Of a DNA stretch of 64,000 nucleotides, positions 1 through 9,869 are shown one piece after another; the first letter of the stretch is position 1; every line of letters begins with the position of its first letter. This DNA comes from Parcubacteria group bacterium LiPW_41 (GTDB lineage: Bacteria; Patescibacteriota; Minisyncoccia; UBA6257; GWB1-50-10): positions 22,545 to 86,544 of the forward strand of contig VMEM01000004.1 in NCBI GenBank assembly GCA_007375535.1, written 5' to 3'. Made by a program: the position numbers and the translations under genes. The notes below the pieces were generated by a model. That model worked only from the letters and a program-made list of their open reading frames with translations, was not told the origin of the DNA and made no database searches.

Positions 1-3
1 TAT

Positions 4-1005
4 ATGAAAAAAATAATAATAACTTCAGTTGTTATTGGATTAGTTTCTTCTTCTGTTGCGTTTGCACAAATGGGGGCGGCAACAAACACTACAGAGGTTA
101 AAATTCCTCCAATACCAACAAATATTCCACTTACAAAACAAATGGAATTAAGAAAGATTCAGGAGGAAGCAAAGATAAAGAGAGAAGAGATAAAAACTCA
201 AGTTGAAGCAACACGAGAAGCAGCGAAGAAAGAATTTGAGGTCACAAGGGAAGCAACAAAAAAGCAGATTGAGGCAACACGAGAGGCTACAAAAAAAGAA
301 GCAGACAATGCTCGTGAGGCGTTCAAGACAGAAAAGGAGCAGATATTGAAGGCGCTTCCAACAAACCCTCAAGAAGCTATAAAAATGCTTCAAGAGAGAA
401 GGGATGTGTTTCAAAAAGAAATAGAAGCAAAGAAAGAATCATTTAAAGCAACAATTGAAGCAAAACGAGAAGAAACAGAAAAGGCGATTACTGCAAAAAA
501 AGAGGAGTTAAAAACAAAACTCAATCAGTTTAAAGATGAGAGGAAGAAACAGGTTACCGAAAAAGTGAATAATAGCCTAAATGAGGTAAATAAGAATTCG
601 GTAAACCGATTTACCAACAACATCAATGAACTCGATAAGGTGGTTGTTCATATCACTACCCGAGCAGAGAAGGCGAGTGTTGCAGGGAAGAATGTGGATT
701 CGGTTATGGCAGCCGTTCAAAATGCAAAAACAGCGATCGAGGTTGCACGAGGTCTTGTTTCCGCACAGGCAGCAAAAATATATTCAGTGACAGTAAGCAC
801 TGAAGTTAAGGTTGCTGACGATCTAAAAAAATCACGAGATCAATTAAATGCTGACTTGAAGGTTATTCAAGAGAAAATAAGGGCAGCACATGATGTGGTT
901 TGGGTTGCACTTGGAGAACTCCAGAAAATTCCAGAAATAAACAAACCAGTTGTTTCTACAACTACACCAAAAGAGTCGCAAGCAGCACCAGTAGTAACAC
1001 AATAA
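4..1005 (+). CDS. Secreted long coiled-coil protein (CPR-type hypothetical)
   Basis: N-terminal signal peptide ending AFA; E/K/A-rich 11-residue repeats (EATREAxKKxx). Confidence 0.75.
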   Translation: MKKIIITSVVIGLVSSSVAFAQMGAATNTTEVKIPPIPTNIPLTKQMELRKIQEEAKIKREEIKTQVEATREAAKKEFEVTREATKKQIEATREATKKEADNAREAFKTEKEQILKALPTNPQEAIKMLQERRDVFQKEIEAKKESFKATIEAKREETEKAITAKKEELKTKLNQFKDERKKQVTEKVNNSLNEVNKNSVNRFTNNINELDKVVVHITTRAEKASVAGKNVDSVMAAVQNAKTAIEVARGLVSAQAAKIYSVTVSTEVKVADDLKKSRDQLNADLKVIQEKIRAAHDVVWVALGELQKIPEINKPVVSTTTPKESQAAPVVTQ

Positions 1006-1009
1006 TTAT

Positions 1010-1303
1010 ATGGAACCAAATACAACACCACAGGTTTCTATGGAAGAAAAAAAGAATGGAAAGATTTGGCTTATCATTCTTGCGTTGGTAATTCTTGTTC
1101 TCATTGTTTTGTTCGCAATGGGCAACACCACCAAAGCACCGGTGAACCAAGAAACAGGGATGACACAAACTGAGCAGACAGCAACGTCAGTTGATGAAGT
1201 TGATAACACTGCATCAATTGAACAGCAATTGAAAAATATTGATATGGGAAGTGTAGAGAGTGATTTAACGGGAATTGATGCGGACGTAAAGTCAGTTCAG
1301 TAA
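1010..1303 (+). CDS. Small single-TM hypothetical protein
   Basis: One hydrophobic segment, acidic tail; followed by a terminator. Confidence 0.7.
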   Translation: MEPNTTPQVSMEEKKNGKIWLIILALVILVLIVLFAMGNTTKAPVNQETGMTQTEQTATSVDEVDNTASIEQQLKNIDMGSVESDLTGIDADVKSVQ

Positions 1304-1307
1304 TTTT

Positions 1308-1340
1308 AAAAATCCCGCCCCTCATGAAGGGCGGGATTTT
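1308..1340 (+). terminator. Intrinsic terminator hairpin
   Basis: AAAATCCCGCCC..GGGCGGGATTTT inverted repeat. Confidence 0.75.
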
Positions 1341-1374
1341 GTTATAACGCACACAACATATAATAGATATATTA

Positions 1375-1914
1375 ATGAATACTAATTTTTTTACAGGAGC
1401 TGGGGATGGCGGGAAGGTCATTTTTGGTGGAGAGAAAAAATCAAAAGCAGATCCAGTATTTAATGTATTGGGTTTGTGCGACGAGGTGAATGTGCTCACG
1501 GGATATGCAGCACTCATTGCAAATGAGGAAATAAAACAATATGTATTACGAATTCAAGAGTTACTTTTCATTGCTCAAGCAGAGATTGCTTCAATTATAT
1601 TTGGGGGAGGAACAATAAAAATAAAAGACGAGCACATAAAAGAACTTGAAGAAATGATTGTCTGGTGTGACAAAGAAATCCCTCCGATAAAAAATTTTAT
1701 TGTTCCTGGCGGAAGTGAGGGATCAATTCGAATGGAAATAGCTCGTGTTCGCACGCGTGAATTTGAGCGCGCACTTATTGGAATCGAAAATAATTTTATT
1801 CTTTCAAATGAATTAAAAACATTTGCAAATAGACTTTCAAGTGTCTTTTTTGCATTTGCCCGATATGAAAATAAGAAGAAGGGGATAGAAGAGTCTATTC
1901 CTAAATATAAATAG
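1375..1914 (+). CDS. PduO-type cob(I)alamin adenosyltransferase
   Basis: FFTGAGDGG N-terminal motif, GxxDE, RxRxFER and NRLSS motifs. Confidence 0.85.
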   Translation: MNTNFFTGAGDGGKVIFGGEKKSKADPVFNVLGLCDEVNVLTGYAALIANEEIKQYVLRIQELLFIAQAEIASIIFGGGTIKIKDEHIKELEEMIVWCDKEIPPIKNFIVPGGSEGSIRMEIARVRTREFERALIGIENNFILSNELKTFANRLSSVFFAFARYENKKKGIEESIPKYK

Positions 1915-1957
1915 TTAACAAATAAAAACAGCGCCCGTAAAACGAGCGCCGAAATAA

Positions 1958-2482
1958 TTACTCCTCCCTTCTTTGATTTTCTAATATATGGAGGAGATGT
2001 GACATAAAAAGGGGATACCCCTCCAGGCGCCAATATTGCTGATTGCTTGGACTTGGTAGCTCAGAGATATTAATAACTTTCCTTCCGATGGTGTCTCCCG
2101 CAGGATTCACTTCGAAGGGATGTTCATCTTCTTCGCAGAGTAGTTCTGCTGTAAAAGTAATTTTAAAGTGAGGTTTTTTGCTTGTCCCCTCAACTTTATA
2201 GTCCACCTGCTCAGGATTTATTTTTACAACCTCTTTTGGATATCCAGTCTCCTGGACTATCTCTCGATACCCACCTTCAATAGGGAGTTCTCCTTTATGA
2301 ACTCCGCCGCCCGGGTTTTCCCAGGAGCGTGGTTTGTTTATCAAGGTTAATCCCTTCCACTTTCTTCCTCCTTTTTCGAGGACAAGACATACTTTTTTTC
2401 TGTCTTTTGTAAAAAGGACAACCTCCGCCGTAACAGAATAACTTCCATCAAGCGGTTTTTTCAAAATTTCTTTTATGTCCAT
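1958..2482 (-). CDS. NUDIX hydrolase
   Basis: Nudix box GGGVHKGELPIEGGYREIVQETGY. Confidence 0.8.
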   Translation of the reverse strand: MDIKEILKKPLDGSYSVTAEVVLFTKDRKKVCLVLEKGGRKWKGLTLINKPRSWENPGGGVHKGELPIEGGYREIVQETGYPKEVVKINPEQVDYKVEGTSKKPHFKITFTAELLCEEDEHPFEVNPAGDTIGRKVINISELPSPSNQQYWRLEGYPLFMSHLLHILENQRREE

Positions 2483-2582
2483 GACGTGACCTGTATTTTT
2501 AATGAATTAGGTATATATTATCATAAATATACTAATTTGTCAATTTGTTGTGTATTTTGTCAAGTATCGTAATAATGGAGTA

Positions 2583-3809
2583 ATGAAGCGAGTATATCTA
2601 GATTATGCGGCAACAACCCCAGTCAGAAAGGAGGTAATGAAGGCAATGATGCCTTATTTTGGTGTTCATTTTGGAAATCCTGGTTCGCTTCACTCATTTG
2701 GTCAGGATGCAATGTCTGCGATTGATAGTGCTCGCGAGCGAGTTGCTAAGTTATTTGAAGTTGAATTCAGGAATATTATTTTTTGTGGTTCAGCAACTGA
2801 AGCAAACAATCTTGCACTTTGTGGAGTGATAGATTCTTGGAAAGGAAAAGAGAAGCCGCGGGTAATTATTTCGAGCATTGAACACGAGTCGGTATTAGAG
2901 ACCGCACGAGTATTAGAGCGTGAGAAAAAAATTGAACTTGTTTTAGTTGGTGTTGATAAAGAGGGAATTGTTCTCTTAGATGAACTGAAAAAATCATTAA
3001 CCCAAAATACTGCACTTGTTTCGATAATGTATGTGAATAACGAGGTAGGTTCTATTCAACCAATAAAAGAAATTTCTCGTATTATATCTGATTTTAAAGA
3101 TTCATTAAAAATTCGAAATTCGAAATTCGAAATTAATAATTTATATCCTATTTTTCATACTGATGCTGTTCAGGCCTTTTCGTATTTTGATTGTTCTCTT
3201 GATGTCCTTGGTGTTGATCTACTTACTGTTTCTGGACACAAATGTGGAGGTCCTAAAGGTATCGGCATTCTTGTGATCTCAAAAGCAACTTCCGAAAAAG
3301 TCCGAAATTCGAAATTCGAAATTAATAATTTACGATTTTTTTCTCCTGTTATTACCGGTGGTGGTCAGGAATTTAATTTGCGATCAGGAACAGAAAATGT
3401 TCCAACTATAATTGGATGTGTTGAGGCGCTATCAATTGCACAAAAAAATAGAAAAAAAGAATCAGTACGTATTGAACTATTAAGAAGGCGATTCATAAAA
3501 AACTTTTTAAAGGTATTTCCAGAGAGTTTTGTAAATGGAGGGGAAACACATTCGCCACACATCGCAAATATTCAGTTAACAGAAATGAATAGAGAAGAAT
3601 TTCTCACGCATGCGGACCTTCTTGGGGTTGCACTTTCTTCTGGTTCTGCCTGTTCTGCTCGTGCCCATAGCGAATCTCATGTGTTGTCCGCTATGTATGG
3701 AGGGAACGCGACAAAACTAAATGGAATTCGTGCCAGTTTTGGATATAACACAACGTCGAAAGATATTGATAATGCATTTAAATATCTTTCACGAATGGAA
3801 GAAAAATAA
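2583..3809 (+). CDS. iscS: Cysteine desulfurase (IscS/NifS family) with two repeat-derived insertions
   Basis: YLDYAATTP, IEHES, HTDAVQ, SGHK (PLP Lys), RSGTEN, SSGSAC; start placed at ATG 2583. Confidence 0.9.
   Translation: MKRVYLDYAATTPVRKEVMKAMMPYFGVHFGNPGSLHSFGQDAMSAIDSARERVAKLFEVEFRNIIFCGSATEANNLALCGVIDSWKGKEKPRVIISSIEHESVLETARVLEREKKIELVLVGVDKEGIVLLDELKKSLTQNTALVSIMYVNNEVGSIQPIKEISRIISDFKDSLKIRNSKFEINNLYPIFHTDAVQAFSYFDCSLDVLGVDLLTVSGHKCGGPKGIGILVISKATSEKVRNSKFEINNLRFFSPVITGGGQEFNLRSGTENVPTIIGCVEALSIAQKNRKKESVRIELLRRRFIKNFLKVFPESFVNGGETHSPHIANIQLTEMNREEFLTHADLLGVALSSGSACSARAHSESHVLSAMYGGNATKLNGIRASFGYNTTSKDIDNAFKYLSRMEEK
3109..3143 (+). repeat. AAATTCG heptamer array, copy 1 (in-frame in iscS)
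   Basis: (AAATTCG)3 AAATTAA TAATTTA encoding (K)IRNSKFEINNL. Confidence 0.85.
3298..3332 (+). repeat. AAATTCG heptamer array, copy 2 (in-frame in iscS)
   Basis: 3303-3332 is identical to 3114-3143; encodes (K)VRNSKFEINNL. Confidence 0.85.
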
Positions 3810-3832
3810 TTTGAGTTGCGTATAATAAGTGT

Positions 3833-4609
3833 ATGGAACAAAAAGCAAAACAATATGCACTTATTGGCGTAGGTGTTGCCGCACTTATTTTCAGTTTAGC
3901 GGCGTGGGCGTATATCGATGCCTATTCAAAATCGATACAGCCAAGTTCGTTTAGAAGTTTTTCGGTTTCTGGTGAGGGAAAAGTAATCTCAGTGCCCGAT
4001 GTCGCCAAATTTACATTTAGTGTGATCACTCAAGGTGGAAAAAATCTTGGAGAATTACAAAAGAAAAATGTTGGGTTGATGAATGAGGCGATTGCATATG
4101 TAAAAGATCAAGGGGTTGCAGAAAAAGATATTAAAACCGAAGGATTCAATGTTGAGCCACGATATCAGTATTATGCGTGCAGAGAAGGTGCGTGTCCTCC
4201 AGCAGAAATTGTTGGATACACCGTAAGCCAGACAGTTGGGGTAAAAGTTCGTGACTTTGATAAAGCGGGAGATATTCTTTCGGGAGTAGTTTCTCATGGT
4301 GCAAACAATGTTTCGGGTCTCCAATTCACTATCGATGATCCATCAATAGTGATGGCGAAAGCGCGTGAGCAGGCGATACAGAAGGCAAAAGAAAAAGCAG
4401 AGCAGATTGCCGACGCTGGGGGATTCTCGCTTGGACGTTTGCTTGGTATTAGCGAGGGCGGGTATCAACCAATGTATGATAACTATCTTCGTAATGCGAA
4501 AGTAATGAATATGTCTGAGTCATCTGCGGGTGGAGCGCCGGCACCATCAATTGAGGCTGGTTCGCAAGATGTTTCCGTTTCTATTTCGTTGCAGTACGAG
4601 ATTAAATAA
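3833..4609 (+). CDS. SIMPL (DUF541) domain protein
   Basis: VSGEGKV..PD motif, AREQAIQKAKEKA helix, C-terminal VSVSISLQYEI. Confidence 0.88.
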   Translation: MEQKAKQYALIGVGVAALIFSLAAWAYIDAYSKSIQPSSFRSFSVSGEGKVISVPDVAKFTFSVITQGGKNLGELQKKNVGLMNEAIAYVKDQGVAEKDIKTEGFNVEPRYQYYACREGACPPAEIVGYTVSQTVGVKVRDFDKAGDILSGVVSHGANNVSGLQFTIDDPSIVMAKAREQAIQKAKEKAEQIADAGGFSLGRLLGISEGGYQPMYDNYLRNAKVMNMSESSAGGAPAPSIEAGSQDVSVSISLQYEIK

Positions 4610-4672
4610 TAAATATCAGACACGAAAAAAATTTCGTGTCTGCCTTTAATACTTAATTTTAAAAATAAACCT

Positions 4673-5917
4673 ATGACAAAATATCCAAAAAAAATATTAA
4701 CAATAATTTCAATCATTGCAGTGTTTGTAATTGCGGGATCTGCGGCTGTTATGTATACCAATATTGTGAAAGATGCGGTAGATTTTCGTATTTATAACAG
4801 TGAAAACAAAGAGTCTCCAAAACTCGAATCGACAAGTAAAGAATTATATAAACCTGTTGAGACTTATGAGGATGCAGTAACAAGTGCGGTTGAGATAGCA
4901 TCAAAGTCCGTCGTTGCAATTTCTGCATCGAAAGATGTCCCACTTCTTGAAGATTGTGTTGATGATCCATTTGGTAGCCTTCCTCCGGAATTCAGAGATT
5001 TCTTTGGTGGCGGAATACAGTTCCCTCGGTCTTGTGATAATGGAAAAACGCAAAAGAAGGAAATCGGAGGGGGAAGTGGATTTGTTATTTCTGAGGATGG
5101 TTTAATTCTTACTAACAAGCATGTTATTTATGATGAAAAAGCCGAATATACCGTGTTTATGAATGATGGAAAAAAATATTCTGCAAAAGTTGTTGCAAAA
5201 GATCCAACAAATGATATTGCGGTATTGAAGGTTGATGCGCGTCTTGAGCCTGCAAAATTAGGAAATTCAGATACGGTAAAACTTGGACAGACTGCAATTG
5301 CAATTGGAAATGCGCTTGCTGAATATCGCAACACCGTTTCTGTTGGTGTTATTTCTGGCCTTTCGCGTAATGTAACTGCGGCGGGTGCGGGAGTAGGGGC
5401 GGAAACAATAAATGGAGTCATACAAACTGATGCAGCAATAAATCCAGGAAATTCAGGTGGTCCACTATTGAACTTAAAAGGAGAAGTAATCGGGATTAAT
5501 ACTGCAATTGTGTCTGGCGCACAAAACATCGGATTTGCAATTCCAATTAACCAAGCAAAAAGAGCGATTGAATCAGTAAAGAAGACAGGAAGTATAAAAA
5601 CCCCATATATTGGAGTGAGATATATTATGTTGAATGAAACAATTGCAAAACAGCAAAAACTTTCAGTGTCTGAGGGTGCGTTAATACGTGGAGATGGGAC
5701 TGGTGCCGCAGTGGTAAAGGATGGACCAGCAGATCGTGCGGGAGTTAGAGCTGAAGATATTATTACTGCAATAAATGGAGAGAAGGTAACAAGCACTTCA
5801 ATACTAGGAAGCCTCATTCAAAAATATAGCATTGGTGACACAGTCACTCTGACTATTAAAAGAGGAGACGAAACTCTTCCGCTTCGCGTGACGCTTGTAG
5901 AACGACCACAAGAATAG
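4673..5917 (+). CDS. htrA: HtrA/DegP-like serine protease with PDZ domain
   Basis: GSGFVI, TNKHV, DIAVLK, QTDAAINPGNSGGP, C-terminal PDZ. Confidence 0.93.
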   Translation: MTKYPKKILTIISIIAVFVIAGSAAVMYTNIVKDAVDFRIYNSENKESPKLESTSKELYKPVETYEDAVTSAVEIASKSVVAISASKDVPLLEDCVDDPFGSLPPEFRDFFGGGIQFPRSCDNGKTQKKEIGGGSGFVISEDGLILTNKHVIYDEKAEYTVFMNDGKKYSAKVVAKDPTNDIAVLKVDARLEPAKLGNSDTVKLGQTAIAIGNALAEYRNTVSVGVISGLSRNVTAAGAGVGAETINGVIQTDAAINPGNSGGPLLNLKGEVIGINTAIVSGAQNIGFAIPINQAKRAIESVKKTGSIKTPYIGVRYIMLNETIAKQQKLSVSEGALIRGDGTGAAVVKDGPADRAGVRAEDIITAINGEKVTSTSILGSLIQKYSIGDTVTLTIKRGDETLPLRVTLVERPQE

Positions 5918-5942
5918 GGGGGTGGTAGTTAGGATGTAGGGA

Positions 5943-5969
5943 TTAGCACTCGTATGTTGAGCTTGCTAA
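5943..5969 (+). promoter_or_regulatory. CIRCE element (HrcA operator) upstream of clpB
   Basis: TTAGCACTC-N9-GCTTGCTAA versus consensus TTAGCACTC-N9-GAGTGCTAA. Confidence 0.8.
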
Positions 5970-6034
5970 TGGATTTATGATACAGTAGTATAGAAGTAAA
6001 TTATTTCTTTTAAGTAGGAAATAAGTTGTATTCC

Positions 6035-6067
6035 ATTCGAAATTAATAATTCGAAATTCAAAATTAT
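6035..6067 (+). repeat. Intergenic copy of the AAATTCG/AAATTAA heptamer family
   Basis: ATTCG AAATTAA TAATTCG AAATTCA AAATTAT just before the clpB start. Confidence 0.7.
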
Positions 6068-6072
6068 TCTTT

Positions 6073-8745
6073 ATGCCTCAATTCAATAAATTTACTATTA
6101 AAACACAAGAAGCATTACAAAGCGCTCAGGATATGGCGATGCGAGAAAACCATGGGGAGTTAAAAGGGCTCCATGTGTTACTTATGTTGTTAGATGACGA
6201 ATCAACACTTGTTCGTCCTATTCTTGTTCGTGCAAATGTAAATGTTGGTGGATTGATTTCCCGCGTTGAAGATGCGGTACTTCATTTACCAAAAATATTT
6301 CAAGGAATTGGAAATACTGGACAAATGTATTTGTCTCCAGAGCTTGTTCGAATTTTAGATAGATCAGGAGAGATTGCTCGAGCTGAGCAAGATGATTTTA
6401 TTTCATGTGAACACGTGTTGCTTGCAATTGCAGATTTCCCTTCGGTTGCACAGGAATTACTTTCACAATTTGGTGTAAGAAAAGAAGCACTTCTTAAGGC
6501 GTTTCATGAGGTGCGTGGATCAATGCGAGTAACTGACGAGACCCCTGAAAATAAATTTCAAACATTGGAAAAATATGCGATTAACATCACCGAAAAAGCT
6601 CGCGCAGGAAAATTGGATCCAGTAATTGGGAGAGAAGAGGAGTTGCGTCGTTTGATGCAGATTCTTTCTCGTCGAACAAAAAATAATCCAGTGCTTATTG
6701 GAGAACCTGGTGTGGGAAAGACGGCAATTGTTGAGGGACTCGCGCAGCGTATTGTTTCAAATGATGTTCCTGAACCACTCAAAAATAAAGAGGTGGTAAT
6801 GCTTGATTTGGGTTCACTTATTGCGGGGACAAAGTTTCGTGGAGAGTTTGAGGATCGTCTCAAGGCTTTTTTGAAGGAGGTACAAAGCGCCGAGGGAAAA
6901 ATTTTGTTGTTTATCGACGAGATTCATATGATTGTGGGTGCAGGAGCGGCAGAAGGTGCGATTGATGCGTCAAATTTGTTGAAGCCAGCACTTGCACGCG
7001 GTGAGCTCCACGCAATTGGAGCAACAACACTCAAAGAATATCAAAAACATATCGAAAAAGATGCGGCGCTCGAACGAAGATTTCAGCCAATTGTAGTTGA
7101 TGAGCCATCAATTGATGATTCGATTTCTATTTTAAGGGGATTGAAAGAAAAATATGAAATGCATCATGGACTTAAAATTTCTGATGAAGCAATTGTTTCA
7201 GCGGTAAATCTTTCTGCTCGATATATTACCGATCGTTTCCTTCCTGATAAGGCGGTAGATTTGATTGATGAGGCTTCAGCAGCTCGTCGACTTGAGTCAG
7301 AGAGTATGCCAACAGAGCTTGATAAAATCAGGCGCGAGATTACACGACTTGAGATTGAAAAATCAGCACTCGTGAGCGAGCGGACATCAAAAAAGGCAAC
7401 CGACAGGATGAAAGAGGTAGAGAATGAGCTGCAGGAACTCAAGAAAAAAAATGATGAGATATCTGGTCAGTGGCACAATGAAAAAGTAACATTTGAGAAG
7501 TTTCACACATTGAGAAAAAAAATGGATGACCTTCGTCGCGAAGCAGAAATTGCTGAACGTGAGGGAAATTTTGATCGTGTAGCAAAAATTACTTATGGGG
7601 AGCTTCCAATTGCAGAAAAAGAGTATAAGGCATTTGAAAAAAAATACTTTTTGATTGAGGAAAAAGGTGGAAAGAAAAAAACAAAGAAAGGTTCTGAGCC
7701 ACATCGGTTTATTAAAGAAACAATTGATGAACAAGACATTGCGGGTGTTGTTTCTCGTTGGACGGGAATTCCTGTTTCAAAAATGTTGGAGTCTGAGATG
7801 AATAAGCTTTCTCGACTTGATGAAGAATTAATGAAGAGGGTGGTAGGACAGAAAGAGGCAATTTCTGCTGTTGCTCGCGCACTTCGAAGATCGCGTGCGG
7901 GGCTTTCCGATGAGGATAGGCCAATGGGGTCGTTTATCTTCCTTGGTCCAACTGGCGTTGGAAAAACAGAGCTTGCAAAGACGCTTGCAGAATTTATGTT
8001 CAACGACGAAAAGGCACTCGTGCGTGTTGATATGTCGGAATACACTGAGCGTCATGCAGTTGCTCGTCTCATTGGCTCTCCTCCGGGATATGTGGGACAC
8101 GAAGAGGGGGGACAACTTACGCAAATCGTTCGTCACCGACCATATAGTTTGATTTTGTTTGATGAAATTGAAAAAGCACATCCTGAAGTATTTAATATAT
8201 TACTTCAAGTACTCGACAATGGACGACTCACCGACGGGAAGGGGAAGACGGTGAATTTTAGAAACACTGTCATCATCCTTACTTCAAATGTTGGGAGCGC
8301 CTATTTTAAGGAACTTTCGCGTTTGGGATTTGGAACAAACGAAAAAGAAAAAGCAGTCCGCGAGCAAGAAGAACAGTTCCGAGAAGGAGTTCAAGAAGCG
8401 CTCAAAGAAACGTTTCGTCCTGAGTTTTTAAATCGTTTGGATGAGGTGGTGATATTTAATTCACTCAAGAAAGAAGCAATAGAAGAGATTATCGATATTC
8501 AACTTGCACGCGTCGCAGAACGTCTCAAAATAAAAAATATAAGTATTGTGGTGAAGCCAGCTATTAAGGCATACTTAAGTGAAGAGGGATTTGATCCCGA
8601 TTATGGCGCGCGCCCTATCAAACGGTTAATTGAGAAGGTGATTGTTGACGCGCTTGCAGATAAAATCATTCGTGGCGAAGTTAATGAAGGTCAAAAACTT
8701 ACTATCTCGCTTTCAAAAGATCGTAGAGTGGTCATTAGTCGCTAA
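6073..8745 (+). CDS. clpB: ATP-dependent disaggregase ClpB
   Basis: Two AAA+ modules ([16 protein letters not shown]), coiled-coil middle domain, GARP motif. Confidence 0.95.
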   Translation: MPQFNKFTIKTQEALQSAQDMAMRENHGELKGLHVLLMLLDDESTLVRPILVRANVNVGGLISRVEDAVLHLPKIFQGIGNTGQMYLSPELVRILDRSGEIARAEQDDFISCEHVLLAIADFPSVAQELLSQFGVRKEALLKAFHEVRGSMRVTDETPENKFQTLEKYAINITEKARAGKLDPVIGREEELRRLMQILSRRTKNNPVLIGEPGVGKTAIVEGLAQRIVSNDVPEPLKNKEVVMLDLGSLIAGTKFRGEFEDRLKAFLKEVQSAEGKILLFIDEIHMIVGAGAAEGAIDASNLLKPALARGELHAIGATTLKEYQKHIEKDAALERRFQPIVVDEPSIDDSISILRGLKEKYEMHHGLKISDEAIVSAVNLSARYITDRFLPDKAVDLIDEASAARRLESESMPTELDKIRREITRLEIEKSALVSERTSKKATDRMKEVENELQELKKKNDEISGQWHNEKVTFEKFHTLRKKMDDLRREAEIAEREGNFDRVAKITYGELPIAEKEYKAFEKKYFLIEEKGGKKKTKKGSEPHRFIKETIDEQDIAGVVSRWTGIPVSKMLESEMNKLSRLDEELMKRVVGQKEAISAVARALRRSRAGLSDEDRPMGSFIFLGPTGVGKTELAKTLAEFMFNDEKALVRVDMSEYTERHAVARLIGSPPGYVGHEEGGQLTQIVRHRPYSLILFDEIEKAHPEVFNILLQVLDNGRLTDGKGKTVNFRNTVIILTSNVGSAYFKELSRLGFGTNEKEKAVREQEEQFREGVQEALKETFRPEFLNRLDEVVIFNSLKKEAIEEIIDIQLARVAERLKIKNISIVVKPAIKAYLSEEGFDPDYGARPIKRLIEKVIVDALADKIIRGEVNEGQKLTISLSKDRRVVISR

Positions 8746-9418
8746 GTGCGCGGCTTTTGTTGGGTTGGTATTGTATGCCTCGTTATATGGAGGTTTTTTG
8801 AGGTGGGTGATTTTGGTTTTTTATGCATTTTGGTTTTTTTATAACGAGGGGAGCGAGAGAAAATCATACAAATATTCATATATTTTGTATTTAGTGCTCA
8901 TCTTCTTGTATGGGACACACTTGCAAGAGTCTTTGTTTGCGGCTTTTATATTCTTTATTTGTGTACTCCTTCTTTTGAGTGTTTGGATTGGTTTTACTCG
9001 ATTTGTTTTTAGGGAGAAGGAAAGAACGATGGATATATATCATTCTGTTCTTTCATTTTTCACAATCATGTTTGCCCTTCTGTTTCCTGGAATGTTGTCA
9101 GCATTGTTTGCTGGGGTAGGGGTTGGAATTCTCCTTTTTGAGCATCTCAATGTATATGCATTTTCATGGAAATCGAGGATGGTGCTTGTAAGTGTTGCAT
9201 TGGGCTTGTTTGTTTGTGAGTTATTGCTAGTCACAAAAATGCTCTCACTTCATGTTGTCGCCCTTACTGGCGTACTAACTCTTATTGTCTTGGTAATAAA
9301 AAATCTTATAGTTGCACATTTTTCTGGGACCCTTTCACGGGAATATTTATTCCAAAATATAATAATTTTTGTCTTACTTTGTATTCTCCTTTTCGCTACT
9401 GGGAGGTGGGTGATATAG
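8642..9418 (+). CDS. Multi-pass membrane hypothetical protein (true start uncertain, probably downstream)
   Basis: About 8 hydrophobic segments; 5' end overlaps clpB. Confidence 0.65.
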   Translation: MLTRLQIKSFVAKLMKVKNLLSRFQKIVEWSLVAKCAAFVGLVLYASLYGGFLRWVILVFYAFWFFYNEGSERKSYKYSYILYLVLIFLYGTHLQESLFAAFIFFICVLLLLSVWIGFTRFVFREKERTMDIYHSVLSFFTIMFALLFPGMLSALFAGVGVGILLFEHLNVYAFSWKSRMVLVSVALGLFVCELLLVTKMLSLHVVALTGVLTLIVLVIKNLIVAHFSGTLSREYLFQNIIIFVLLCILLFATGRWVI

Positions 9419-9495
9419 GTGTAACATTTCTTTTGGTGTGTCGTTCTATTTATAGAACCGAAAAAGAGGGGAAAACTAGTAAAATAGGGCAAACC

Positions 9496-9523
9496 TTGAA
9501 AATCGGTCTTGAAAAGGTATAAT
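9496..9523 (+). promoter_or_regulatory. Sigma70 promoter for the S-layer-like gene
   Basis: TTGAAA-16 bp-TATAAT about 345 nt upstream of ATG 9870. Confidence 0.6.
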
Positions 9524-9529
9524 CGGTAT

Positions 9530-9869
9530 ATTCCCACTTGGGAGCTTGGTGTGAGGCCTCGCAACCAAAAAGGAGCAAAAAGATGCTTGTATAAAGGAAG
9601 TTTTGCACATTTCTTTATACAAGCGTCGTTTATGCACTTTTTGCTATCTCACTCCAACAGAGTGAGAATTTTTATTTACCACCAATCCACTGTTTCTCTT
9701 TCGCTTCTTTTATTGCTCCGGATCCTCACTTCATGGAGTCGCAACAAAAGGTCCGAAAGCTAGGAGAATAGTGTTCTGACACAACAGAAAGGTCGAGTTC
9801 GCCTCGCGCATTCTTAAGGGGCGCGGGAATACGAACAAAATTATCCCAAAAGAAAAAAACAAAAAATAA
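9530..9869 (+). ncRNA. Long structured 5' leader (candidate cis-regulatory RNA)
   Basis: Hairpins at 9546-9568, 9574-9645, 9647-9667 (followed by a T-tract) and about 9796-9835. Confidence 0.45.

Noticed and set aside
205-330. 33-bp periodicity in the first gene
   Set aside because: Explained by an ordinary 11-residue coiled-coil protein repeat.
5128-8181. Long antisense ORFs over htrA and clpB (and similar ones elsewhere)
   Set aside because: Shadow ORFs of well-conserved genes with no independent motifs.
9509-9763. 84-aa ORF upstream of the S-layer-like gene
   Set aside because: TTG start overlaps the promoter, it has no recognisable motifs, and the region is better explained as a structured leader.
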